The translations under genes were made by a program, and so were the position numbers. 64,000 bases of DNA from Candidatus Latescibacterota bacterium. Lineage in GTDB: Bacteria; Latescibacterota; UBA2968. The notes under the pieces are model-generated. The model searched no databases. It was not told the origin of the DNA and worked only from the letters and a program-made list of their open reading frames with translations. This document shows, piece after piece, positions 19,430 through 28,568 of the stretch (position 1 is its first letter; the number at the start of each line of letters is the position of its first letter). The stretch spans positions 5,120,001 to 5,184,000 of the forward strand of contig OZ241986.1 of NCBI GenBank assembly GCA_965204375.1, in the 5' to 3' direction.

Positions 19430-20401
19430 ATGACAATCTCCCTCGACCCCATCCGCGATGAATTGATCGCTTGGGCAGAATCCCTCTACCTCCCGGACAC
19501 GGGTGCCTTCCGCAATGGCGACGCACCCGCGCCCAGCCTTCCCAGCACCCTCTTTATCACCTATATCCTGTACAGCATAAACGCGCTCGACGCAGTCGCG
19601 CTTGACCGCGCAAAATGGATCGCTTGGATCCAGTCGCAACAGAGCGAACAGGACGGATCCTTCACCTTCCCACCTACAGACAGGCGGGGGATCGCATTTT
19701 GGAACGCAGTTCGCGCACTCAACATCCTCGGCGCTCAGGTCCTGCGATTCCCTGACGACCAGCGCAACGCAACAACCATCGCTGAACTTCGCCAATGGTT
19801 CAAAACGTGGAAAGCATCCGGCGACACCCATCACGAAGTACTCGCGCGCGTCCCCATGCTCGTCAGCCATCCAGACCCCGCGTGGGTCCAGGCATTCTTC
19901 GACGAACTCGCCGCACAACAGCACCCCACACTGGGAACATGGCCCGGTGAAGGTCCCACCAACATCAGCCGCACATTTGCCTACAGCCTGATCTACACGG
20001 GCATGGACAAACTCCCGCCCCAAGCTGAGAAAATCGTAGATGCCATGCTAAATCTCCAGGAAGAGAATGGCTTCTGGCACGGAAGTCCAAATTTTTCAAC
20101 CATGGACGCGGTCTATCTGCTATCGCGACTGCCAAAATCCACCGAATGGCGCGAGACAGATGCAACCGACGCGCTACACCGCACAGCAGACGCGCTCATC
20201 CCCTATTACAAAGCGCATGCAGAACGCGACAAACAGGACACCCATCAATTCGCAGCCACTGTACAAACTTATGCCCTGCTATACGAAGCATTGCCCCAGC
20301 GATTTACAACATCGCACCCGTGGCGCTTCGGATGGAGCAACCGGGCGTTTTGGCAATGCCGCGTGATTGAAGAAGCATTGGCTGATCAGGGTAAGGCATA
20401 G
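19430..20401 (+). CDS. Hypothetical protein, prenyltransferase/squalene-oxidase-repeat-like alpha/alpha barrel
   Basis: QW-like repeats (QQSEQDGSF, QQHPTLGTW, LQEENGFW). Confidence 0.6.
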   Translation: MTISLDPIRDELIAWAESLYLPDTGAFRNGDAPAPSLPSTLFITYILYSINALDAVALDRAKWIAWIQSQQSEQDGSFTFPPTDRRGIAFWNAVRALNILGAQVLRFPDDQRNATTIAELRQWFKTWKASGDTHHEVLARVPMLVSHPDPAWVQAFFDELAAQQHPTLGTWPGEGPTNISRTFAYSLIYTGMDKLPPQAEKIVDAMLNLQEENGFWHGSPNFSTMDAVYLLSRLPKSTEWRETDATDALHRTADALIPYYKAHAERDKQDTHQFAATVQTYALLYEALPQRFTTSHPWRFGWSNRAFWQCRVIEEALADQGKA

Positions 20402-20590
20402 GAACAGCCTGAACATATATTTTTCCTCACACCATAACACTATATGCCTATTGATATTCACTCCGCCATAAAATATATTGCGATTAAGTGATATAATAGA
20501 GAGGGACACTGGGGAAATTATGAGGTGGAGGTCATGGAGGCCTACGTTGTGCTACGGCACCAGGCCCCCTCGCCGTCAGGGAGTCTCAAC

Positions 20591-22192
20591 ATGACGACAA
20601 CAGCCATGCGTTTCTTCAACACCGCCGGCCCCATCAAGGCAGAGATGCACTACCACATTCCGCCCCTGGCCCGGCTCGACGTCAATGACCTCCTGATGCT
20701 CATCCAGCAGGAAAAGTACTTCGTCCTGCACGCGCCTCGCCAGACCGGCAAGACCTCCGCGCTCCTATCACTAAGGGACGACCTCAATGCCAGCGACGAG
20801 TTCCGCTGTGCGTACGTCAATGTCGAAATCGGACAAGCGGCACGGGAAGACGTGGGCGCGGCCATGCGGGCGATTCTCAGCGCGCTGGGTCGTGCTGCAC
20901 GCCACACGCTGGACGACCTGTTTGTCTCTCAAGTCTGGCCCAGCATTCTCGATAGCGCCGGTCCCAACGACGCGCTGGGGGAGACCCTTGCACGCTGGGC
21001 CGAATCGGACGCCAGACCGCTGGTGCTCATGATCGACGAGATTGACGCGCTGATCGGCGACACCCTGCTGTCCGTGCTGCGACAATTGCGCGCAGGCTAC
21101 CCGGATCGCCCGCGTCGGTTTCCACAGAGCGTGATCCTGTGTGGTGTGCGCGATGTGCGCGATTACCGCATCCAATCTTCCGCCGAGAATGCCATCATCG
21201 CCGGGGGCAGCGCGTTCAATATTCGCGCCGAGTCCCTGCGGCTTGGAGACTTCTCCCGCGACGACGTCGAATCACTGCTGGAGCAACACACCGCAGAGAC
21301 CGGACAGGCATTCGCCGAGGAGGCGCGCGCCGTGGTCTGGGAACTGACCCAGGGCCAACCGTGGCTGGTCAACGCCCTGGCCTACGAAGCCTGCTTCAAG
21401 AACAAGGCCGGACGCGACCGCAGCCAGTCAATCACCGCCGACGCCATCCAGGACGCCCGCGAACAATTGATTCGCCGCCGCGAGACACACCTGGATCAAC
21501 TCACCGACAAGCTCCAGGAGGAACGGGTGCGCCGGGTAATCGAACCGCTACTAAAAGGATCCGATGAAGCTGGCTCGTTTGCCGACGACGACCTGCAGTA
21601 CGTACGCGACCTGGGCCTCGTGCGCACCGACAATCCAATTGCCATTGCCAACCCAATTTATCGCGAGGTAATCCCGCGCGACCTCACCTACACCACCCAG
21701 GCGGGGTTTCACCATGACCCGACCTGGTACATTGATGCTAACGGCATCCTGCAAGTAGGCAAGCTGCTGGCCGCGTTCCAGGCGTTTTTCCGCGAGCACT
21801 CCGAGCACTGGATAGAGCGGTTCCAGTACAAGGAAGCCGGTCCGCAGTTGTTGCTACAGGCATTTTTGCAGCGCATCGTCAACAGCGGTGGGCGGATTGA
21901 ACGCGAATATGGCCTGGGTCGGATGCGGACGGATTTGCTGGTGGTATGGCCGGTGGGCGGGGATTCCAGCAGGATACAGAAGGTCGTCATTGAGTGCAAG
22001 CTGCTGCACCGGAGTCTGGAACAGACATTGCGCGACGGGCTTGAGCAAACACGCGCCTACATGGACCGCTGCGCGACGGTGGAAGGACACCTCGTGCTCT
22101 TTGACCGCACCGAGGACAAGTCGTGGGACGACAAGGTGTACCGCCGCGACGAAACCGAAGGCGGCGCACCGGTCACGGTGTGGGGGATATGA
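20591..22192 (+). CDS. AAA-like ATPase with C-terminal PD-(D/E)XK nuclease-like domain
   Basis: RFFNTAGP, Walker A APRQTGKTS, Walker B IDEID, C-terminal RTDLLV..VIECK. Confidence 0.85.
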   Translation: MTTTAMRFFNTAGPIKAEMHYHIPPLARLDVNDLLMLIQQEKYFVLHAPRQTGKTSALLSLRDDLNASDEFRCAYVNVEIGQAAREDVGAAMRAILSALGRAARHTLDDLFVSQVWPSILDSAGPNDALGETLARWAESDARPLVLMIDEIDALIGDTLLSVLRQLRAGYPDRPRRFPQSVILCGVRDVRDYRIQSSAENAIIAGGSAFNIRAESLRLGDFSRDDVESLLEQHTAETGQAFAEEARAVVWELTQGQPWLVNALAYEACFKNKAGRDRSQSITADAIQDAREQLIRRRETHLDQLTDKLQEERVRRVIEPLLKGSDEAGSFADDDLQYVRDLGLVRTDNPIAIANPIYREVIPRDLTYTTQAGFHHDPTWYIDANGILQVGKLLAAFQAFFREHSEHWIERFQYKEAGPQLLLQAFLQRIVNSGGRIEREYGLGRMRTDLLVVWPVGGDSSRIQKVVIECKLLHRSLEQTLRDGLEQTRAYMDRCATVEGHLVLFDRTEDKSWDDKVYRRDETEGGAPVTVWGI

Positions 22193-22204
22193 AAAGAGAT
22201 CGAA

Positions 22205-22600
22205 ATGGGAGCAATGCACGTCACCGTTACGATACGGAACCCCGCCGAACCAGATAGAACCTGGGAAGGTCTCTTTCTAATTGATATGGGAGCGACCGAT
22301 TCTCTCGTATCAAGACCACATCTGGAATCCATCGGTCTCATCCCCAAAGGTCAGCGCGTGTATGAACTGGCCGACGGTAGTGAGATCAGAATGGATATTA
22401 CGACCGCAGACATCGAATTTATGGGAGAGATCGTCGGTGGAACGATCTTATTTGGGGAAGCAAATGCCGAACCGCTGCTCGGGGTGACCGCCCTAGAGTC
22501 CGTGGGCATCGAAGTTGACCCAATTAACCAGCGACTAAAACGACTACCCGCCGTACGCCTCAAGAGCTTGTGGACGAGATCGAGATTTGAGAAAGGATAA
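22205..22600 (+). CDS. Clan AA aspartic protease (AF_0612-like)
   Basis: LIDMGATDS (a variant of DTG), YELADG, PLLGVTALE. Confidence 0.85.
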   Translation: MGAMHVTVTIRNPAEPDRTWEGLFLIDMGATDSLVSRPHLESIGLIPKGQRVYELADGSEIRMDITTADIEFMGEIVGGTILFGEANAEPLLGVTALESVGIEVDPINQRLKRLPAVRLKSLWTRSRFEKG

Positions 22601-22604
22601 CGGC

Positions 22605-22916
22605 ATGAAAGTACGACAGCCGCGTTATAGAAAAGAGGTGTTCGCCCGGCGTGGTCAGACAATCTACGAACAACACGTGAGGACACAGGTGGAAGAAGGC
22701 AACCGTGACAGGATCGTGGCAATTGATATTGAAACAGGCGAGTTCGAGGTGGCGGACGACCCACTTGCCGCATCTGACCAACTTTTTGCGCGTTGTCCAG
22801 ATGCGCAGCCGTGGCTGATCCGCATCGGTCACCGTGCGCTACATCGGTTCGGGCATATCCCGACGCTACAAGTGGTTGATTGGAATGTCATGGCAATGGA
22901 GAAACCGATATGCTAA
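22605..22916 (+). CDS. Small DUF5678-like partner of the aspartic protease (copy 1)
   Basis: IVAIDIETGEFEV..RIG motif; near-identical to 26074..26349. Confidence 0.7.
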   Translation: MKVRQPRYRKEVFARRGQTIYEQHVRTQVEEGNRDRIVAIDIETGEFEVADDPLAASDQLFARCPDAQPWLIRIGHRALHRFGHIPTLQVVDWNVMAMEKPIC

Positions 22917-24226
22917 AGCGTATTCATATCCAGGGTTACAAGTCTCTCGAAGATATAGAAGTGTCTCTGTCTCAGCTTGTGGTCCTGCTCGGACCAAATG
23001 GAGCTGGTAAGAGCAATTTGCTTGATGCTTTACAACTGCTATCAAAGCTGGGGACGAGTCGGACACTCAAAGAAGCCTTTGATCCACCCTATCGCGGCAA
23101 GCCGCTCGAATCCTTTACCATAGGGCAAAAAGGCATCAAAGGCCTGCTTGAACAAGAGAGACTGTCGTTCTCAATTGAAGCTGACCTGAGCTTGTCGGAC
23201 GCGGTCATTAACGCTGTCAATCGACAGATACGAGAAATGCGTCGTACACACAGCGGAGTCAAATCTAAAGAGAGAAGTAAGACTCCCAACCAGGTCCGCG
23301 AACGCGACTTGCGCTACCGCATTGAGATTGAAATGCTGCCCAAGTCAGGTATCCTGCGCGTAGCTGATGAATATCTGGCCGCCTTAAATGCCAATGGAGA
23401 ACCCACCGGCAGGCGTAAGCCATTTCTCGAACGGCAGGGTGAAAGTATCCACCTGTGGCCCGAAGGACAGGAGCACCCCACCTATTACTATTATGACCGT
23501 TACCTGGACCACAGCATCCTCTCTATGCCCCTTTATCAGCCACACTATCCCCACCTTGCGGCGGCCCGGCGCGAACTGGAGAGTTGGCTGTTCTTCTACT
23601 TCGAGCCGCGCGAACGCATGCGCGCCGCCAATCCAGTAAAGGAAGTCCGCCATATCGGTTTGATGGGCGAAGAACTCGCCGCCTTCCTCAATACTCTGAA
23701 AGCAACCGATGCTGGACAGTTCAAGGGGATCGAAAAGGCGTTACACGCGCTGATGCCGGAAATCGACGGCATTGAAGTGGAAGTGAGCGATCTCGGCGAG
23801 GTCGAGCTTCATTTCAAGGAAAACGGTGTGGCGATACCGGCCCGCATTCTCTCCGAAGGTACGTTGCGTATGCTCGGACTCCTGGCCTTGACCGGAGTTG
23901 CCGAAGCTCCTGCATTGGTCGGATTTGAGGAACCAGAAAACGGCATTCACCCGCGCCGCATCCAATTGATCGCGGAATTCCTGAAAACACAGGAGATGCT
24001 GAGACAGACGCAGTACATTGTCACCACGCACTCGCCGATCCTCCCCGACCTGCTATCGGATAGTTCCCTGTTTGTCGTAAACCGAATCAACCACAAAACA
24101 CGAATTGAGCCGTTTTCTACCTGGGGACCATTGGGACGGAATAGTGATATTGCTCAAGCACTCTCGGACAATCAGGAGGCACTTTCCATATCCGAGCGCA
24201 TTTTGAGAGGGGATTTTGATGCGTGA
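22910..24226 (+). CDS. ABC/SMC-like ATPase (AAA_21 family)
   Basis: Walker A GPNGAGKSN, signature LSEGTLR, Walker B/D-loop FEEPENGIHP, H-loop TTHSP. Confidence 0.9.
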   Translation: MLKRIHIQGYKSLEDIEVSLSQLVVLLGPNGAGKSNLLDALQLLSKLGTSRTLKEAFDPPYRGKPLESFTIGQKGIKGLLEQERLSFSIEADLSLSDAVINAVNRQIREMRRTHSGVKSKERSKTPNQVRERDLRYRIEIEMLPKSGILRVADEYLAALNANGEPTGRRKPFLERQGESIHLWPEGQEHPTYYYYDRYLDHSILSMPLYQPHYPHLAAARRELESWLFFYFEPRERMRAANPVKEVRHIGLMGEELAAFLNTLKATDAGQFKGIEKALHALMPEIDGIEVEVSDLGEVELHFKENGVAIPARILSEGTLRMLGLLALTGVAEAPALVGFEEPENGIHPRRIQLIAEFLKTQEMLRQTQYIVTTHSPILPDLLSDSSLFVVNRINHKTRIEPFSTWGPLGRNSDIAQALSDNQEALSISERILRGDFDA

Positions 24227-24794
24227 GATTGCGCTCTTCGTTGAGGACTACGCGCATCAACAAGTTATCGGTGCTCTCGTGTGTCGGATGGCCCTGGAAT
24301 ACAATATCCCTATACGACTCGACTGGCGCAACGCAGTAGGTGGTCACGGCAAAGTCATCGCAGAACTTGACGATTATCTGCGCGACCTAAAGTGGCAGGG
24401 GAGTCCCTGGCCAGACTTGATCGTTGTCGCCACCGACGCCAATTGCAAAGGACTGAATGAGCGTACGCGAGAGATCGTCCGTCGGGATGCCCCTGCACCG
24501 ATAATCTTGGCCATTCCCGATCCGCATATTGAGCGTTGGCTGTTGCTCGACGGCGCAGCCTTCAGGGCAGTGTTGGGTAAAGGCTGCGATGCACCTGATC
24601 AGAAATGTGCTCGATATCGCTATAAACAACTGCTGATTGAGGCCATTTATGCCACGGGAACAACACCCAGAATCGGCGGTATCGAATATGCAGAAGATAT
24701 TATCCAAAAAATAAATATCAACCGCGCCGCACGAGCGGATAGATCTTTCAATCGCTTTGTGACGGATTTGCGCAACGCATTTCGAGGAGCCTGA
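24216..24794 (+). CDS. DUF4276-like (TOPRIM-related) protein
   Basis: LFVED, ATDAN and IERWLLLD motifs; overlaps the ATPase stop. Confidence 0.7.
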   Translation: MMREIALFVEDYAHQQVIGALVCRMALEYNIPIRLDWRNAVGGHGKVIAELDDYLRDLKWQGSPWPDLIVVATDANCKGLNERTREIVRRDAPAPIILAIPDPHIERWLLLDGAAFRAVLGKGCDAPDQKCARYRYKQLLIEAIYATGTTPRIGGIEYAEDIIQKININRAARADRSFNRFVTDLRNAFRGA

Positions 24795-24873
24795 CCACCA
24801 ACGACAAACGCTTCTCCTTTCCGCATTGGAACTTAATAACGATAGAACACACCAGCACAGGAGCACATCAACC

Positions 24874-25998
24874 ATGAAAATCACCGATGTAGAAACCATC
24901 GTAATCCAAAACATCCAGCCCTATCGCGGGGGAAGATACTGGCTCTTTATTCAACTCATCACCGACGAAGGCATTGTAGGACTGGGCGAGCGCCCCTCGG
25001 GAAATGCCACCAATTTGGACTCTCAAATCAGCCTCATCAAGAACCTGTGTCAGCAATTCGCCATCGGCACAAGCCCCTTTGACATCGAAAGCCTGTGGCA
25101 GCGCATCTTTGCGGCCCGGCACGACTATCGCCACCCCGGCCTCGACGCAACACCCGCCTTGAGCGCCATCGAAATGGCGTGTTGGGACATCGTCGGCAAA
25201 GCATTGAACCAGCCCATCTACAATCTGCTCGGCGGCAGGGTCCACGACAAACTCAGGGCTTATGCCTATATGCCGACCGACGGCATCTGGGAAAATCCAG
25301 AACGCGCGGGCGAAATCGCAACCCGTCTGGTCGCGGATGGAAACACCGCCTGCAAATTCGATCCTTTCCACCCAATCTTTCCCAATCCGCGCGACTTCTC
25401 ACTCAAAACCATCCGTCACGTCGCCAAAATATTCAAAAGCATCCGGGACGCAGTCGGCGACGAATTGGAAATCGGCATTGGCACCCACGGACAGTTCAGC
25501 ACATCTGGCGCAATCCGCGTGGCAAAAGAACTGGAAGAATTCAGCCCCTTCTGGTTCGAGGAACCCGTCCCCCCAGAAAACATCGACGAAATGGCCCGCG
25601 TCGCCGCCCACACCAGCATCCCAATAGCCACGGGCGAACGACTCGTCACCAAATACGAATTTGCCGAACTCCTCAAAAAACAGGCCGCACAGATCCTGCA
25701 ATTAGACGTGGGACAATGCGGCGGAATATTGGAATCCAAAAAAATCGCCAGCATGGCCGAAGCCCACTACGCCCTCATCGCACCCCACATGTATTGCGGA
25801 CCCGTCGCCGCAGCCGCCGCAGTGCAACTCGACACATGCTCGCCGAATTTCTTAATCCAGGAATTCAACGCCAACGACCTCCACAGCGAAATATTCAAAG
25901 AGCCAATCCTATTTGAAAACGGCTATATCACCCCACCAACAGGACCTGGTCTGGGCATCGAACTCGACGAATCAGTGGTTGCGAAACACCGCGCGTAA
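24874..25998 (+). CDS. Mandelate racemase/muconate lactonizing enzyme family (galactonate dehydratase-like)
   Basis: IEMACWDIVGK, WFEEP, ATGERL, APHMYCGP, GPGLG. Confidence 0.9.
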   Translation: MKITDVETIVIQNIQPYRGGRYWLFIQLITDEGIVGLGERPSGNATNLDSQISLIKNLCQQFAIGTSPFDIESLWQRIFAARHDYRHPGLDATPALSAIEMACWDIVGKALNQPIYNLLGGRVHDKLRAYAYMPTDGIWENPERAGEIATRLVADGNTACKFDPFHPIFPNPRDFSLKTIRHVAKIFKSIRDAVGDELEIGIGTHGQFSTSGAIRVAKELEEFSPFWFEEPVPPENIDEMARVAAHTSIPIATGERLVTKYEFAELLKKQAAQILQLDVGQCGGILESKKIASMAEAHYALIAPHMYCGPVAAAAAVQLDTCSPNFLIQEFNANDLHSEIFKEPILFENGYITPPTGPGLGIELDESVVAKHRA

Positions 25999-26073
25999 GG
26001 TTGCGTAAAATTGTGTTATCGGCTATAATCTATTGTTGCCATGTCATCATTATGAGACGCTAAGGAGAACAGC

Positions 26074-26349
26074 ATGAAAGTACGACAACCGCGTTATAGC
26101 AAAGAGGAGTTCGCCCGACGTGGTCAGACAATCTACGAGCAACAAGTGAGACAGCAGGTGGAAGAAGGCAACAGTGGCAGGATCGTGGCGATTGATATTG
26201 AGACGGGTGAGTTCGAGGTAGCGGACGACCCACTTGCCGCCTCTGACCAACTTTTTGCGCGTTGTCCAGATGCACAGCCGTGGTTGATCCGCATCGGGCA
26301 CCGTGCGCTACATCGCTTCGGGCACTCTCAGGCCGGAAGCGCGATATGA
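26074..26349 (+). CDS. Small DUF5678-like protein (copy 2)
   Basis: SD AAGGAG; near-identical paralogue of 22605..22916. Confidence 0.75.
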   Translation: MKVRQPRYSKEEFARRGQTIYEQQVRQQVEEGNSGRIVAIDIETGEFEVADDPLAASDQLFARCPDAQPWLIRIGHRALHRFGHSQAGSAI

Positions 26350-26365
26350 TTGAAGGTGCCCAGCG

Positions 26366-26566
26366 ATGATTCGGAATAACCGTGAACTTGAGGCAACCAA
26401 GGAGCGCATTAGATACTTTCAACAACAGGTTGAAAAACTGCGACAGACTAAAACCAATCCCCATAATTATCAGTTATCGGCAGGAGGATTTATTGCCGAA
26501 ATTGACCGGATGAATATCGAGGTAAGAGAGTTTCTTTCATTGCATCCCTGTCAATTAAAGGAATAG
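26366..26566 (+). CDS. Small antitoxin-like hypothetical protein
   Basis: 66-aa helical ORF; MIRNNRELEATKERI resembles N-termini of HigA-like antitoxins. Confidence 0.55.
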   Translation: MIRNNRELEATKERIRYFQQQVEKLRQTKTNPHNYQLSAGGFIAEIDRMNIEVREFLSLHPCQLKE

Positions 26567-27015
26567 GTCCCCTGAGGATATTGCACGCTTTGAAAAGCGA
26601 AGCCTGAAACTTCCAATATTTAAGATGAGGAAACTAAACTACAGCGAAAGCGTCAAAGATAACACTGGACACAAGGTTTGCCATGAGCAAATTTTTCGCA
26701 TATCCTTTACTTTATTAGTTTTATTTTTTCTTGACGGTGTTAAATTTGACAGTGTTAAGTATTTTCATCATGCCTCGTATTCATGGCTCAAAACTTGTAC
26801 TTTTATCTCAGTTCAGTTCAGTATTTATCCCAAAAGGTGGTATTTAAACCCAAGGTGTGAACTGTGTGCAAAGTATATAAGGATCACAACTTAGGTTATT
26901 TAAGCTCTGATCAATCCAATTTTTAGTTCCATTTTTTTTTAAGAATTTCATTTTTTTGGCTTGCTTTTTGCTTATATTGACGTTGGGGAGAATCCACCTT
27001 AAAATAGGAGAAAAA

Positions 27016-27255
27016 ATGGCCTCTTTAAAAACAGTACTCGATGATGAACTTACTGACTTTTTAGACAGTATTGGGGTTTTAAGTGATATTGTAGCTGGTC
27101 GGCTAAAGTGTAAGTTTTGTGGAGAGGTTGTGACGCTGGAGAATTTTCACGCGATTTTTCCAGATAGTGGCAATATCTCCGTTGTTTGTTCAAATCTTGC
27201 GTGTTCAAAGGCTCTGAGTGAATACATTTACGAACAAAAGGCCCAAGTCGCATGA
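27016..27255 (+). CDS. Small putative zinc-binding protein (CxxC...Cx4C)
   Basis: SD AGGAG, then ATG 27016; CKFC and CSNLAC motifs; ATGA overlap with the next gene. Confidence 0.7.
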   Translation: MASLKTVLDDELTDFLDSIGVLSDIVAGRLKCKFCGEVVTLENFHAIFPDSGNISVVCSNLACSKALSEYIYEQKAQVA

Positions 27256-28316
27256 TTGACAAGTTTGTTCTTGAGTTGATAGGTTTTCTTACGCCAGCAG
27301 TGGCCCTGCTGGCGTTATTGCTTTTTTTTCCGGAGAAGATCGAAAAATGGTCTGCACTCGCCTGGAAAGCAATTGGATGGTTTGGTATCCTCGGTAGGAA
27401 GGCAAAAAAGAAATATATCAAACACGATCTCCAAGGACGTATGAATGATTTTGTGAAACTTCTTCGCAAGAGCACCCCCGAGTTGCCTAAAGAAAAGCTC
27501 GTCATTGAATGGGTGGATACTGACATAGGGAGGAAAAGTTTTATTGCGGATGGCAATGTCGTGTTGCGGCTCCACAGTTCTGATCGTAAGGACCACAATT
27601 TTGTTCACGCAGCGTATCTATATATTTCAACTGCCCTTTTGTATAAGGCCAAACGATATTTATCGCCCATACAAAGAGAAGCGATTGACCTTTATATGTG
27701 TGCGGAATTGCTAAAAAAAGAAAAACCATCTACGGTTGATTTCTTTCTTCAAAAATATCTGCACCCTCAAGCGAAAAAGAAGAAATTCAGGCTTACAAAT
27801 TATTTAGATGATTTTGTCCAGATAGATCATAACAACCTGTTTGCTCACATCTTGTTAAAGGAATTACATTATCTTGGAGACAAAGTATTTGGACGCAGAC
27901 AAGATGACCAGATCATCAAAGAGGTCAACGGACTGATCAATTTTTTAAAGCAAATTTCAAATCGGATGATCGGAGATGAGAACGACACGGACTTCAACGG
28001 AGTTTATTGCAAATTTGGGATTATCATAATTGGTCGTCGAGAAAAACTCGTTAATTCAATTAAACCTTACATCAACTTCATACGCGGAAATTTTGTGAAA
28101 AAAAGCATTGAGACCATATACTTACTATCAAGACGGGAAAACGCACACTATCTCAAAGAAATTATACAACCATTTCTGAATGATTATTCATTAGTCAGAA
28201 ATGTTAGATTAAACCAAGTGTTCCGATATGATAATGACCGACGAGAACAAGTAAAGTGTTGTTTGATGGTTTTGCGTCTAAAGGACATAAAGATGATAGT
28301 CCCTTCGAGATTTTAA
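27252..28316 (+). CDS. Hypothetical membrane-anchored protein
   Basis: 354-aa AT-rich ORF with an N-terminal hydrophobic helix and a Lys-rich soluble region. Confidence 0.8.
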   Translation: MIDKFVLELIGFLTPAVALLALLLFFPEKIEKWSALAWKAIGWFGILGRKAKKKYIKHDLQGRMNDFVKLLRKSTPELPKEKLVIEWVDTDIGRKSFIADGNVVLRLHSSDRKDHNFVHAAYLYISTALLYKAKRYLSPIQREAIDLYMCAELLKKEKPSTVDFFLQKYLHPQAKKKKFRLTNYLDDFVQIDHNNLFAHILLKELHYLGDKVFGRRQDDQIIKEVNGLINFLKQISNRMIGDENDTDFNGVYCKFGIIIIGRREKLVNSIKPYINFIRGNFVKKSIETIYLLSRRENAHYLKEIIQPFLNDYSLVRNVRLNQVFRYDNDRREQVKCCLMVLRLKDIKMIVPSRF

Positions 28317-28508
28317 TTGCTGCCCAATTTCTTCATAAAATCCGACCATTCATTTTTTTATCCCAATACCCGCATCAACCTTCGCTTCTGCTTCACGCAA
28401 TTCTTCTACAAATTCTTCACGCAGTTCCAGTCCCTCATCAGGATCGCCGGTCTCCTCTTGAGTCACGGTACGAGCCTCCTCTATATCCTCAGGTCGTTTA
28501 ACAGGCAT
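28313..28508 (-). pseudogene. Small antitoxin-like gene interrupted at an A7 tract
   Basis: SD AGGAG then MPVKRPEDIEEARTVTQEETGDPDEGLELREEFVEELREAEAKVDAGIGIKK* (stop 28350-28352). With one A fewer it reads IKNEWSDFMKKLGSN* to 28313. Confidence 0.5.
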
Positions 28509-28568
28509 CCCAGTCTCCTAAAGTAAAAAATTTTGCAATGGGTCTGTCAACACGCCTCGCGGAATCGT

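Noticed and set aside
26625-26894. 89-aa ORF in the AT-rich leader (also 9925..10131)
   Set aside because: No clear RBS or motif, and it overlaps repeat- or promoter-like sequence; probably non-coding.
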